Positions 1-8,303 of a stretch of 57,653 nt of DNA are shown piece after piece. The stretch is from Terriglobia bacterium. GTDB lineage: Bacteria > Acidobacteriota > Terriglobia > 20CM-2-55-15. The number at the start of each line of letters is the position of its first letter. The stretch's first letter is position 1. The position numbers were made by a program, and so were the translations under genes. Location of the stretch: the NCBI GenBank assembly GCA_041481485.1, contig JBGPBY010000003.1:1-57653 (forward strand), in the 5' to 3' direction. The notes under the pieces are model-generated. The model worked only from the letters and a program-made list of their open reading frames with translations. It searched no databases and was not told the origin of the DNA.

Positions 1-121
1 ATCTCGGACATCGATCCTGGCAGCCTTCCTCCGTTTTGCGAATGCGCGTTCAGGGCAGTCCCGGGCGTTTCATCCCCGATTTCGGAAGTTACAATGATCG
101 AGGCATTTGTTGCGTAGACGC

Positions 122-140
122 CGGTTTTCCAAACCGCCGC
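122..140 (-). repeat. Dispersed hairpin GCGGCGGTTTGGAAAACCG, copy A
   Basis: Identical 19-mer to 28986-29004 in opposite orientation. Confidence 0.8.
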
Positions 141-291
141 CCGAATCTGGGAATGGAGTGAGGTCTTTTGTTTGGGCATAAGACCGGTGTTGCATAGTGG
201 ATATTATACGTAGAAGTTATATTAAATCAGATAAATCACGAAAAAGTAGTAGCAAGGCTCTGCAACCCCCATAAACATTGGGTGTTTTTGC

Positions 292-387
<96 letters not shown>

Positions 388-396
388 GCGGCGTGT

Positions 397-450
397 TATC
401 AACAGCTTACCACATCTTTTTCAATTCACCTGCTGAACAGTTGCTGAACA
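397..450. other. att-associated sites: IHF-like box and tandem arm-type repeats
   Basis: TATCAACAGCTTA (397-409) fits the IHF consensus WATCAANNNNTTR; direct repeat TGCTGAACA at 431-439 and 442-450 lies at the integrase 3' end. Confidence 0.55.
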
Positions 451-1581
451 TTTGTGGAAATCGTCCAAAGTCGTCTCCAAAGTCTTCATCGCCGCCAGGA
501 CTGCCGGGTCAAAAGCTTTGATGTAACGCTCCTTGGTAACGTGCGGTTTTGCATGACGCAGGATGCGCTGGACGACTTTTTCATTCGCGCCCAGTTCATA
601 CAGGTTCGATGCAATACCGCGTCTGCACGCATGCCAGCCGTACCACTCCAGCCGAATTGTCTTCATGGCCGGGCGGATGACTTGTCGACTCAGATTGTAC
701 AAATCCATGTGTTCTCCGCCGCCCGAGTGAAACATCACACCCTTCGACGGACTCCCCATGGAAAAACGATACGTTTCAAGAATTTCTGCTAGTTGCCGAA
801 TGACCGGAACGGATTGGGCGCTGGCTCGGGTCTTGGGTCCGTTTACAACGCTCTTCCAAACGGACCTTGTGACGCTGAGTGAATTGCCCGTGTAGTCAGT
901 CCATTCCAGCCCTCGCAGTTCCCCTTCGCGGAGCCCTGCAAAAGCTGCTGTCGCAATCACAGCTTTTGGTAACAACGGCAGAACGTCCAGAAGCGAACGT
1001 ATCTGGGTCAAACTGTACGCAAAAGTTTCGCGCGCTTCGCGCATATTTCTGGGAATACGGGCATCCTGGACGGGGTTCACTCCATCGAACGCGCCTTCAT
1101 TCTTTGCGTGACTGAAAACGCCGCTGAGCACACTCTTGATGTGCTGCAGAGTAGTTTTGCTTAGGTCGTGTTCTTCGGCGATGGCCTTGAGCATTCTGCT
1201 CGCATCCACCGTTCTGAACTCACGCAAACGAATCTGTCCGACGCGGTCCGACATGTGATTCTTCCAGATTTCCCGATACCCTTTTCTTGTCGAAGCACGC
1301 AACTCGTCGATGTAGGGCAGGTAGATGTCCTCGACAAATTCCTTGAGGTTCATGCTGGTCTCCGGCGTGAACTTGCCGGCGTTGAGCCGATGCATGAACT
1401 CGACTTTGAGGGGCATGATGTCGGATTCGCGTGGATAACGTTCCAGACGTCCTAACATTTTTGCCCGCTGCTTGAATTTGATCGATCCATTTTCCTGCCG
1501 TACTTGGACGCGATACTTTACGTACCAAGCCGCATGGTCTGCATACAAACATCCATCTTGATAACGAACGGATTTGGTCAT
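421..1581 (-). CDS. Tyrosine recombinase/integrase
   Basis: AGLREGELRGLEW (catalytic R), K in GPKT, WHACRR (HxxR), ILRH and ERY (catalytic Y); 386 aa. Confidence 0.95.
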   Translation of the reverse strand: MTKSVRYQDGCLYADHAAWYVKYRVQVRQENGSIKFKQRAKMLGRLERYPRESDIMPLKVEFMHRLNAGKFTPETSMNLKEFVEDIYLPYIDELRASTRKGYREIWKNHMSDRVGQIRLREFRTVDASRMLKAIAEEHDLSKTTLQHIKSVLSGVFSHAKNEGAFDGVNPVQDARIPRNMREARETFAYSLTQIRSLLDVLPLLPKAVIATAAFAGLREGELRGLEWTDYTGNSLSVTRSVWKSVVNGPKTRASAQSVPVIRQLAEILETYRFSMGSPSKGVMFHSGGGEHMDLYNLSRQVIRPAMKTIRLEWYGWHACRRGIASNLYELGANEKVVQRILRHAKPHVTKERYIKAFDPAVLAAMKTLETTLDDFHKCSATVQQVN

Positions 1582-1590
1582 TTTTTCTCC

Positions 1591-1809
1591 TTAACGACCC
1601 TGCCCGTTCGCACTGACCAGCTGACGATGTAGCCACTCGCGGAGCTCCGGACTTCCCCAAGGAAAACGGACGTAACGTCCAAGCCTGAAATGCGGGATTG
1701 GATCGCTGGTACGTTTTGCGTTGGTCCACGATCGTACCCAGGTTTCGGGTACGTTGAGCCGTTTCGCCAGCTCGGTCGAGTCTATCACTTCCACATCCGC
1801 TTGATTCAT
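1591..1809 (-). CDS. Excisionase-like HTH DNA-binding protein
   Basis: 72 aa, ELAKRLNVPETWVRSW...IPHFRLGRYVRF (HTH_17/Xis-like), directly upstream of the integrase. Confidence 0.85.
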   Translation of the reverse strand: MNQADVEVIDSTELAKRLNVPETWVRSWTNAKRTSDPIPHFRLGRYVRFPWGSPELREWLHRQLVSANGQGR

Positions 1810-1839
1810 GGCCGGTCCTTCAAAAACAAAATTGACAGC

Positions 1840-2790
1840 TCAACGTTGATCACGCGTTGCCGACCTCGTGTTGGGTGGTTCTACGCCGGCGACACGCTGA
1901 GTCGCACTTTCAGCTAAAGTTTCTCGGGTTGTCCCATCGGATTCACGAGACATCAACGAGAGCTGGGCTTTGATAACGGTGAGGCGGGCATAGTAGATGG
2001 GGTCTGCTTTATCATCGGCGCGGTAATCAGCTATGCGCTGGATGACCTGATCCGCTTGGTCACCTCGAGCCAGCGCTCGCTTTGCGTATGCCCAATCGGC
2101 TTCGGATTGACTACGATGTCCCGTCCGAGTTTTCCGCCCTCCATGATGCGAGTCGCCAACATGGCGTGAGGAGTCGGGAGAATCTTCCTGAACCTGAAAG
2201 TCTTGTGCGTGATAGTGCGCGTCAGTTTCGTGGTGCACACGAACGACAAACGCCTCGTTGTACTTTCTGTTTGTGAATCCTGGTAGGCGGAGGAGCCGGG
2301 AAATATCCGTAGCTGCCGAATCGCCACCGTACTGTGAGGCCAGAGCCCGCAGAAGCGCTTCCGCTTGCGTTGTGTCGAGGCCTTCGACCCGCCAAACGAC
2401 TTGATGTTTTCCAGGCGAAGTGTCGAGGACAAAATTCGGCGGTGGCACGTCGCCTGAAGTACGAATGGCCTGAAGCGAAGCTCCCGCTTCCTCGTCGAGG
2501 TCCAGATAGGCATGACGCACCTCGCGGATTTGTTCCTTCGTCCGGCTTCGCGATCCTGCCTTTACCGGATTCATGCCGATGAAAATGTCAGCACCGCTCT
2601 GGTTTTGCTTTTGGAGCCAGTTTTGAAAGGCCTCGCTCGCAATGGCCTCGACAGGAAGAATTCGCTGTATGGTTTGCTTCCGGCTGCGATTCCTGACCAG
2701 AACCGCGGCGTGGTCATCGGGCTGGTGGAGCGCGAAAACATATTCCGGCGCGGACAGGTATCGCGGCGCGAATGAAACAGCGCCGTTCAT
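1840..2790 (-). CDS. RepB-family DNA primase domain protein
   Basis: HAYLDLD, DTSPGKHQVVWR and TDISRLLRLPGFTN motifs; ATG at 2790 overlaps the upstream stop (ATGA). Confidence 0.85.
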   Translation of the reverse strand: MNGAVSFAPRYLSAPEYVFALHQPDDHAAVLVRNRSRKQTIQRILPVEAIASEAFQNWLQKQNQSGADIFIGMNPVKAGSRSRTKEQIREVRHAYLDLDEEAGASLQAIRTSGDVPPPNFVLDTSPGKHQVVWRVEGLDTTQAEALLRALASQYGGDSAATDISRLLRLPGFTNRKYNEAFVVRVHHETDAHYHAQDFQVQEDSPDSSRHVGDSHHGGRKTRTGHRSQSEADWAYAKRALARGDQADQVIQRIADYRADDKADPIYYARLTVIKAQLSLMSRESDGTTRETLAESATQRVAGVEPPNTRSATRDQR

Positions 2791-2950
2791 GCGTGCTCCT
2801 TGGGAGCGACGTACATGGAGCAAAAGTCAAAAAGGTCGGAGTCCGGATCGTAGCTATTGATCTCGAGGACTTCAGAGATGAACCGGCGTCCCGGTCTTCG
2901 TTCGATGTGGATGACGACGTTGAGGGAATCGGCGATGTTTGTCTTGATAG
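2787..2950 (-). pseudogene. C-terminal remnant of a CpaF/TrbB/VirB11-family ATPase
   Basis: IKTNIADSLNVVIHIERRPGRRFISEVLEI resembles the secretion ATPase C-terminus; the Walker-box region is missing. Breakpoint approximate. Confidence 0.7.
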
Positions 2951-3539
2951 ATTTGGAGCAATCTACAGAACTCATTGGACGAATCTGTTCGCGTTCTATG
3001 GCCTGAACCTAAGAGACTTCGAACGGGATCAGGCGATGTTCGCGCCTCCGAAGACTCAGCTTGTTCCTGAAGCGAGCGAGAGTTTCGGCGATTCATTGCT
3101 CGTTCCCATGATGCGGCAAGAGAACGTGCTTCTCGACAAAACCAACCTGATTTCGCGACTTGGAGATACGTGGGGGAGCGTGCCGATTCGTGCACTTCAG
3201 CATCTGGACCTGAAGAACGGCATTTATGGTGTCATCGGCGCGTCCGATTTCACGATGTATCCTTTGCTGAGACCAGGTTCAATCGTTCAAATCGACGAGA
3301 ACCAGACAAAGCCGTCACAGGCAAAGTGGAAGAACGAACATGACCGTCCAATTTACTTCATCGAACTCCGCGAAGAATTCATCTGCAGTTGGTGTGAGAT
3401 TCGCGACGGAACACTCCTTGCGGTTCCCTATCCAAGCCCCAAGAGCGAGATACGAAAATTCGCCCATCCTCGAGAGGCAGAAGTTATCGGGAGGGTGACG
3501 AGCGTTGCGGCGATGCCGTTGGCCGGTCCTCAGCCGTGA
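2951..3539 (+). pseudogene. 5'-truncated XRE/S24-like regulator (N-terminal HTH lost)
   Basis: YGVIGASDFTMYPLLRPGSIVQID...RPIYFIELR...EVIGRV is an S24-like C-terminal domain; the upstream part of ORF 2772..3539 is only antisense of the ATPase remnant. Confidence 0.65.
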
Positions 3540-3687
3540 GGCGATAGTTGCGCACCGTGTTCAGTCTTAAAAGGTTTGACGTGTCCTGTATTCGGGACGA
3601 AATATTGGGGAGGCAGGAATAGGGAAACTCAGTGGGAGTCCTGAGGTATTCTCGTACGGAACAAGTCCAACGTTGGGAGAAACGAAT

Positions 3688-4086
3688 ATGGTGATCGGAG
3701 ATCGTTTGCGGGAGCTGCGGGAGAACAAGAAATTCTCGCAGGGTGACATCGAGAAGCGGACGGGACTACTGCGTTGTTACATTTCGCGGGTCGAGAACGG
3801 CCACACCGTGCCGGCAATTGAGACGCTCGAAAAACTGGCGCGGGCTCTCGAAATTCCCCTATATCAGCTGTTCTACGACGGGGACGAACCGCCCAAGCTG
3901 CCGAATTTGCTGAAGAGAAAAACGGCGGACGACATCGCGTTTGGCAGCAGCGGCAAACAGGCGGCCTATCTGCACAAATTGCGGAAGTGCCTGAGCAAAG
4001 CAGCGGAGCCGGACCGCAAACTCATCATGGTGATGGCACAAAAACTGGCAATTGGCCGAGGCCGCCGCGCTGCGGCGGAAGGATAA
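3688..4086 (+). CDS. XRE-family HTH transcriptional regulator
   Basis: IGDRLRELRENKKFSQGDIEKRTGLLRCYISRVENGHTVP (HTH_3). Confidence 0.92.
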   Translation: MVIGDRLRELRENKKFSQGDIEKRTGLLRCYISRVENGHTVPAIETLEKLARALEIPLYQLFYDGDEPPKLPNLLKRKTADDIAFGSSGKQAAYLHKLRKCLSKAAEPDRKLIMVMAQKLAIGRGRRAAAEG

Positions 4087-4119
4087 AGAAGGAAAGGGCC
4101 GCGCCTGAAAGCGCGGCCC
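4086..4119 (-). terminator. Intrinsic terminator between the convergent XRE and parB genes
   Basis: GGGCCGCGC-CTGAAA-GCGCGGCCC 9-bp stem (4096-4119), followed on the minus strand by TTTCCTTCTT. Confidence 0.75.
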
Positions 4120-4132
4120 GAGCGGAAGCGGT

Positions 4133-5776
4133 CTAGTTTGGTTTGACTGGTGTTTTGGCTTTCCGCTTGTCGCTGTCCTTCTTGTCCGCACTCTTCGAGA
4201 GTTCCGCGCGAACATCGGCAGTGATTCTTATCCCGTCGATTTTGTATCGCGCAGCGGTACGCGCAAGGTTCGAATCCTTTGCGAGCGATTGACGCGGATT
4301 GAATCCGGGACAATACAAATCGGAAACGAGAGCGCATACGACGAGAAAGCGCTGGACGTCCTGCGCGTTCATCTCGCGAACGGCCTTCCCCGCAATGGCT
4401 TCGTAATCGACGGTCACTCCGCCCCAAGATGCTTTGGATTTCTTCTCCGCCCAGCCGTACGTGCGGCAAAGGCGGCGGTGGTTGTCATGGCCGAGCCTGC
4501 GAAAGTAATCGAGGGCGGCCATTTCAAGGTCGGGACGCGCAAACGTGCCCGGGAGCTTTTTGCGAATGGCGTCGAGAATACGGACGCGGGATTGTTTTTC
4601 GATGCGCTCCGCGAGGAGTTCTTTCGCTCGCGCGGCGCGTTCCTGCGGCGACGGTTGATAGCGCGTCTCGTGTGCGTGCACGGGGCATTTTTCATTGCGG
4701 CACACGTGAACGATGGTTCCCGCTTGTGGGCCGTCCGTCACGACGGCGGGTTTCGTTTCCGAGCACTCCCCTTTTTTGGAGATGCGACGGTATTGTCCTT
4801 CGTATAGAACATCCGGTTGCGGTTTCTTTGTCTGCCACGCGGGAGCATGAGAGACACGCAGTGGCTTCTCGCCGGATGCTTCAAGGGGTTTCATGCGAAT
4901 CTGCACAAGTGCTTCGACTTTCGCGCGATAGCAAGCGCGGTCGGTGCAAATCGATTTCTGCCGCACTTCGGGAAAGAGCAACGGATTGTTGCCGGTGCGC
5001 TTGGAACAAGCGGAACAACTTCCCGCAACGGGAAGTAGCTTTTCGTCTTGGGCATCGAAAGGCGCATTCGAAATGTCGAGATGGATTTCGCGCTCAATCC
5101 ATTCGCGGAGTGAGCGGACGGTAACGGCCTCGGCCTTCTTGTCTTTGAGGATCGCTGCCGCGCTTCGGTGCTCCGGAAAACATTCGGCGAGGGCCCGGTG
5201 CTGGTCGCCCGGTTGCAGCCGAGCTACTTCGAAGGCATGAGCAACCGTCAGCTTTCCCAAGTAAAAGGCCTGTTGAGCTTCACCGATCAGTTGCAGCAAG
5301 CGCAACCTCGCATAAACGTATTTTTCAGAGCGCCCAACTTTCTCGGCGAGCGTCTCGACGGTGTAGATGTCCGGTTGCATTTGCATGAGGGCGAAATAAC
5401 CCCGTGCCTCATCGAGTTCGTGAACATCGGCGCGTTGCAAGTTCTCGATGAGTTGCAGTTCGAGGCATTCGGTGTCGGTCAGTTCGCGGATGCTGGCAGG
5501 GATGGTCCCGCGCCCTGCTAGCTTCGACGCGCGGTAGCGCCGCGCTCCGGCCACGAGTTCGAAGGTGTCTGGTCCTCCATCCGGCAAAGGCCGGACGAGA
5601 ATGGGTTGCAGGATACCGTGTTGCTGGATATTGGCAGCCAATTCGGCGAGTTTCGTTTCGTCGAACTGGCGTCGTGGATTGGTTTTCGATTCGCAAATGC
5701 GGTTCAGAGGAATTTCCTGAACCGAGGACACGAGAGTTGGAATACTGCTTGTGGGTAGTGCGATTGCTGTTGTCAT
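4133..5776 (-). CDS. ParB/RepB/Spo0J-family protein (long, mobile-element type)
   Basis: NPRRQFD, GILQPILVR, VAGARRYRA, LIENLQRAD and an HTH; Cys-rich C-terminal extension. Confidence 0.93.
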   Translation of the reverse strand: MTTAIALPTSSIPTLVSSVQEIPLNRICESKTNPRRQFDETKLAELAANIQQHGILQPILVRPLPDGGPDTFELVAGARRYRASKLAGRGTIPASIRELTDTECLELQLIENLQRADVHELDEARGYFALMQMQPDIYTVETLAEKVGRSEKYVYARLRLLQLIGEAQQAFYLGKLTVAHAFEVARLQPGDQHRALAECFPEHRSAAAILKDKKAEAVTVRSLREWIEREIHLDISNAPFDAQDEKLLPVAGSCSACSKRTGNNPLLFPEVRQKSICTDRACYRAKVEALVQIRMKPLEASGEKPLRVSHAPAWQTKKPQPDVLYEGQYRRISKKGECSETKPAVVTDGPQAGTIVHVCRNEKCPVHAHETRYQPSPQERAARAKELLAERIEKQSRVRILDAIRKKLPGTFARPDLEMAALDYFRRLGHDNHRRLCRTYGWAEKKSKASWGGVTVDYEAIAGKAVREMNAQDVQRFLVVCALVSDLYCPGFNPRQSLAKDSNLARTAARYKIDGIRITADVRAELSKSADKKDSDKRKAKTPVKPN

Positions 5777-5810
5777 GTTCGTTTTTCTCCTTTTCCTGTG
5801 TTTTCTCGAA

Positions 5811-6101
5811 TCAATACTCTTCGGGAAGCAAAATTGTCGAATGCGAGCGATTGGCTTCTGTAATCACCCACACGCGGTCTCCGGAGTTGGTTTTGTAGCT
5901 GCTGAGAAGGCGAAAGCCTTTCTCAAGGCTGAGTTGGTTTTCCTTGCGGTCGTCTTCGCAGAGCTCTCCCCAATCGCCAGTGACATGGCGCGAGAGAAAC
6001 TCCATCGGGGATTGGCCGGATTTCTCGAGCGCTGCCAGTGCGCCCGGTGTTGCGACGAGCTGGCCCAGGTCAAACAGCGGTTTTCGTTCTGTCTTTTGCA
6101 T
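5811..6101 (-). CDS. Conserved plasmid/ICE-related small protein
   Basis: LFDLGQLVATPGAL...RHVTGDWG...TILLPEEY, a family I recognise from leading regions of conjugative elements; GGAG RBS. Confidence 0.8.
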   Translation of the reverse strand: MQKTERKPLFDLGQLVATPGALAALEKSGQSPMEFLSRHVTGDWGELCEDDRKENQLSLEKGFRLLSSYKTNSGDRVWVITEANRSHSTILLPEEY

Positions 6102-6175
6102 TTGTGGACTCCTTGATTTGAATTTGGGTTTGCTCCTCCGAGGCGCGGCGAATTGCCGCGCATGGGAAGCAAATT

Positions 6176-6308
6176 CCCTTCATGGCGGGGGAAGGCGACT
6201 GTCCGTCCGCGCTGTCAAGGGCGCCGGGTTCTGGCGTTCATCGGAGCGCAGCGCAGACCCTTGACAGAAGAAGCGGACGGATCAGGCGCAGCATTTGGCC
6301 AGGAAGGG
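6176..6308. promoter_or_regulatory. Long multi-segment fold-back (leading-region ssi/Frpo-like element)
   Basis: Nested arms CCCTTCATGGC/GCCAGGAAGGG, TCCGTCCGC/GCGGACGGA and CTGTCAAGGG/CCCTTGACAG. Confidence 0.65.
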
Positions 6309-6362
6309 CAGTGAGCGAACTAGGGTTTGTGAGTACTCGACGAAATCAGCGAAAATCAATTC

Positions 6363-7070
6363 GTGTGTAACCGATACCGACTGATGCATTCGAAGCAGTA
6401 CTTAACCGAACGATTCGAGGCTTCGGATGACTCCGGCATGGAAGATCATCCTCGCTACAACATCGCTCCAACCCAGCAAGTCTTGATCGTCCGGAAAGAA
6501 CAGGGAGAAAAGGTTCGTCACCTCACTACCATGCGCTGGGGCTTGATCCCCTCCTGGGCGAAAGACATGAGTATTGGAAACAAAACGCTCAACGCCCGGT
6601 CGGAAACAGTGACAACGACACCCGCATTTCGACAGTCGATTTTGAAGAAGCGCTGCCTGATTCCGGCCGACGGATTTTATGAGTGGCGGAAGATGGGAAA
6701 GGTGAAGCAGCCGCACTGTTTTGAAGTAGGAGAAGGTGACGTCTTTGCTCTCGCCGGATTGTGGGACGAATGGACGAGTCCTGACGGAGAGATTATTGAA
6801 AGCTGCACGATTCTTACGACAGGCCCGAATTCACTCGTGGAAGATCTGCATGACCGGATGCCGGTGATTGTGCCCCCAGAGAAATACGAGCAGTGGCTCG
6901 ACCCGGACGTAATGGACTTTGCGGAAATTCGTGACATTTTGAAACCATACGAAGCGACATCCATGCGCCGGCATCCAGTCAGCACAAGACTGAACAATGT
7001 AAGAAACGAAGATGCCGAGTTTGCGGCTCCGGTCACGCTCGAAACCCCAAAACAAGATTCGATGTTTTAA
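6363..7070 (+). CDS. SOS response-associated peptidase (SRAP/YedK family, abasic-site processing)
   Basis: MCNRY (Cys2), RYNIAP, RWGLIP, NARSET, DGFYEW, HDRMPVI. Confidence 0.95.
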   Translation: MCNRYRLMHSKQYLTERFEASDDSGMEDHPRYNIAPTQQVLIVRKEQGEKVRHLTTMRWGLIPSWAKDMSIGNKTLNARSETVTTTPAFRQSILKKRCLIPADGFYEWRKMGKVKQPHCFEVGEGDVFALAGLWDEWTSPDGEIIESCTILTTGPNSLVEDLHDRMPVIVPPEKYEQWLDPDVMDFAEIRDILKPYEATSMRRHPVSTRLNNVRNEDAEFAAPVTLETPKQDSMF

Positions 7071-7150
7071 TTACGGAGTTCAGAAGACCCTCTCCCCTTT
7101 CTTGAACCTTGACAATTCTTCCTCCAAGGGATGAGAATCTAGCCGTAGGC

Positions 7151-7170
7151 GAACAAAAAGCGAATATAGT
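7151..7170 (+). promoter_or_regulatory. LexA-box-like site adjoining the imuA -10 element
   Basis: GAAC-AAAAAGC-GAAT (7151-7165) resembles the GAAC-N7-GAAC box of Acidobacteria/Alphaproteobacteria; TATAGT at 7165-7170 lies 5 nt before the ATG. Confidence 0.65.
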
Positions 7171-7175
7171 GAGCC

Positions 7176-8246
7176 ATGGCAGCCATCCTTATTAAGCAAT
7201 GGAAATTGGAACCGGGTCTCGTCGGACGAGGTCTCGAAGGATTCCAGAGACGCTCCGCCGTCGAAGTGCAACCGAGCGGTGTCCGCGAACTCGATGCGCT
7301 GCTGAGTGGCGGATTTCCCCGGGGATCTTTGGTGGAATTATGCGGAGATGGTTCTTCCGGCCGTACGAGCCTCGCATTCTCTTTGCTTGCCCAGGCGACC
7401 GAGCGACAGGAGGCCTGTGCGTTCGTTGATGTTTCGGACTCCCTCGATCCGCTATCGCTTGCGGCCGCAGGGGTGGAACTTTCGCGTCTGCTCTGGATTC
7501 GCTGCGGCGAATCGGGGAGCCAGGAACCGGATCTGAGGACGTCTCCCTACTTTGCTGCTGCTGGCAAGGAAACGGAAAAGAGTTTTGGCCTTGAGCCCGA
7601 ACGCAAGAAACCAATGCACGCAAATGGCTGGAAGCACCCGCGCGAATTGATGCGCGGAGTCGAGCACGCGATTCCTATGGTGATGGGAAGCCGGGCATCG
7701 ATTCCAGTGCCAAAGACGGGTTCCGTCGTGGCCCGTTGTGTGGGAGAGCAAGTGGAGCGAGACCGCGAGCCTCCACGCCGTGGAATTCGTCCTCCCAGAC
7801 TTTTGCCGAAACTCGAAAGTGCTCCGATACGCGAAGCGCGATTCCAGGCGAAAAGCACGAAGCCGTGGAAACAACTCGAACAAGCGCTGAAGACGACGGA
7901 CCTGCTTTTACATGGGGGCGGGTGGGGAGTCGTGGTCGTCGATCTCGGAGGAATATCGTGGGTAGATGCGCGACGAATCAATTCGAGCATGTGGTTCCGT
8001 TTCCGGCGCGCGGTCGAAAACACATCGACAACTCTACTTCTGCTCGGAGAGGAATCATGCGCGAAGAGTTGCGCTTCACTGGTTCTCCGCTGTCAGCGGA
8101 AAACGGACAACTGGAATCGCGCGGCGGCAAGAGTTCCTACAGGGGCAGCCACGCTTGAAGGTTTTGAAGTTCAGGGAGAAGTGACTCGTTCGCGAGCGGT
8201 TTCGGGTCCCACCGATTCCGCTCGATGGAAGATACGTACACCATAG
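7176..8246 (+). CDS. imuA: ImuA-like RecA-fold mutagenesis protein
   Basis: ELDALLSGGFPRGSLVEL, degenerate Walker A GSSGRTS; first gene of an imuABC cassette. Confidence 0.85.
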   Translation: MAAILIKQWKLEPGLVGRGLEGFQRRSAVEVQPSGVRELDALLSGGFPRGSLVELCGDGSSGRTSLAFSLLAQATERQEACAFVDVSDSLDPLSLAAAGVELSRLLWIRCGESGSQEPDLRTSPYFAAAGKETEKSFGLEPERKKPMHANGWKHPRELMRGVEHAIPMVMGSRASIPVPKTGSVVARCVGEQVERDREPPRRGIRPPRLLPKLESAPIREARFQAKSTKPWKQLEQALKTTDLLLHGGGWGVVVVDLGGISWVDARRINSSMWFRFRRAVENTSTTLLLLGEESCAKSCASLVLRCQRKTDNWNRAAARVPTGAATLEGFEVQGEVTRSRAVSGPTDSARWKIRTP

Positions 8247-8303
8247 GCCGCTAGAACCTCCGGTTTTGTTTCCCTTTCCTCTACCAAGTTCAGGGGACGT
8301 ACG

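Larger units (their letters stand above)
388..6308. mobile_element. Core of a decayed ICE/IME-like element (right boundary not determined; cargo probably continues rightwards)
   Basis: Integrase, excisionase-like HTH, RepB primase, VirB11/CpaF remnant, ParB and leading-region hairpin next to a tRNA. No relaxase or intact T4SS genes seen in the window. Confidence 0.8.

Noticed and set aside
1-179. Open minus-strand frame MPKQKTSLHSQ... running off the edge
   Set aside because: No recognisable motif, contains hairpin A, and cannot be judged without the adjacent sequence.
2772-3539. Intact 255-aa protein
   Set aside because: The first ~60 codons are the antisense of the ATPase remnant; treated as a chimera at a deletion junction.
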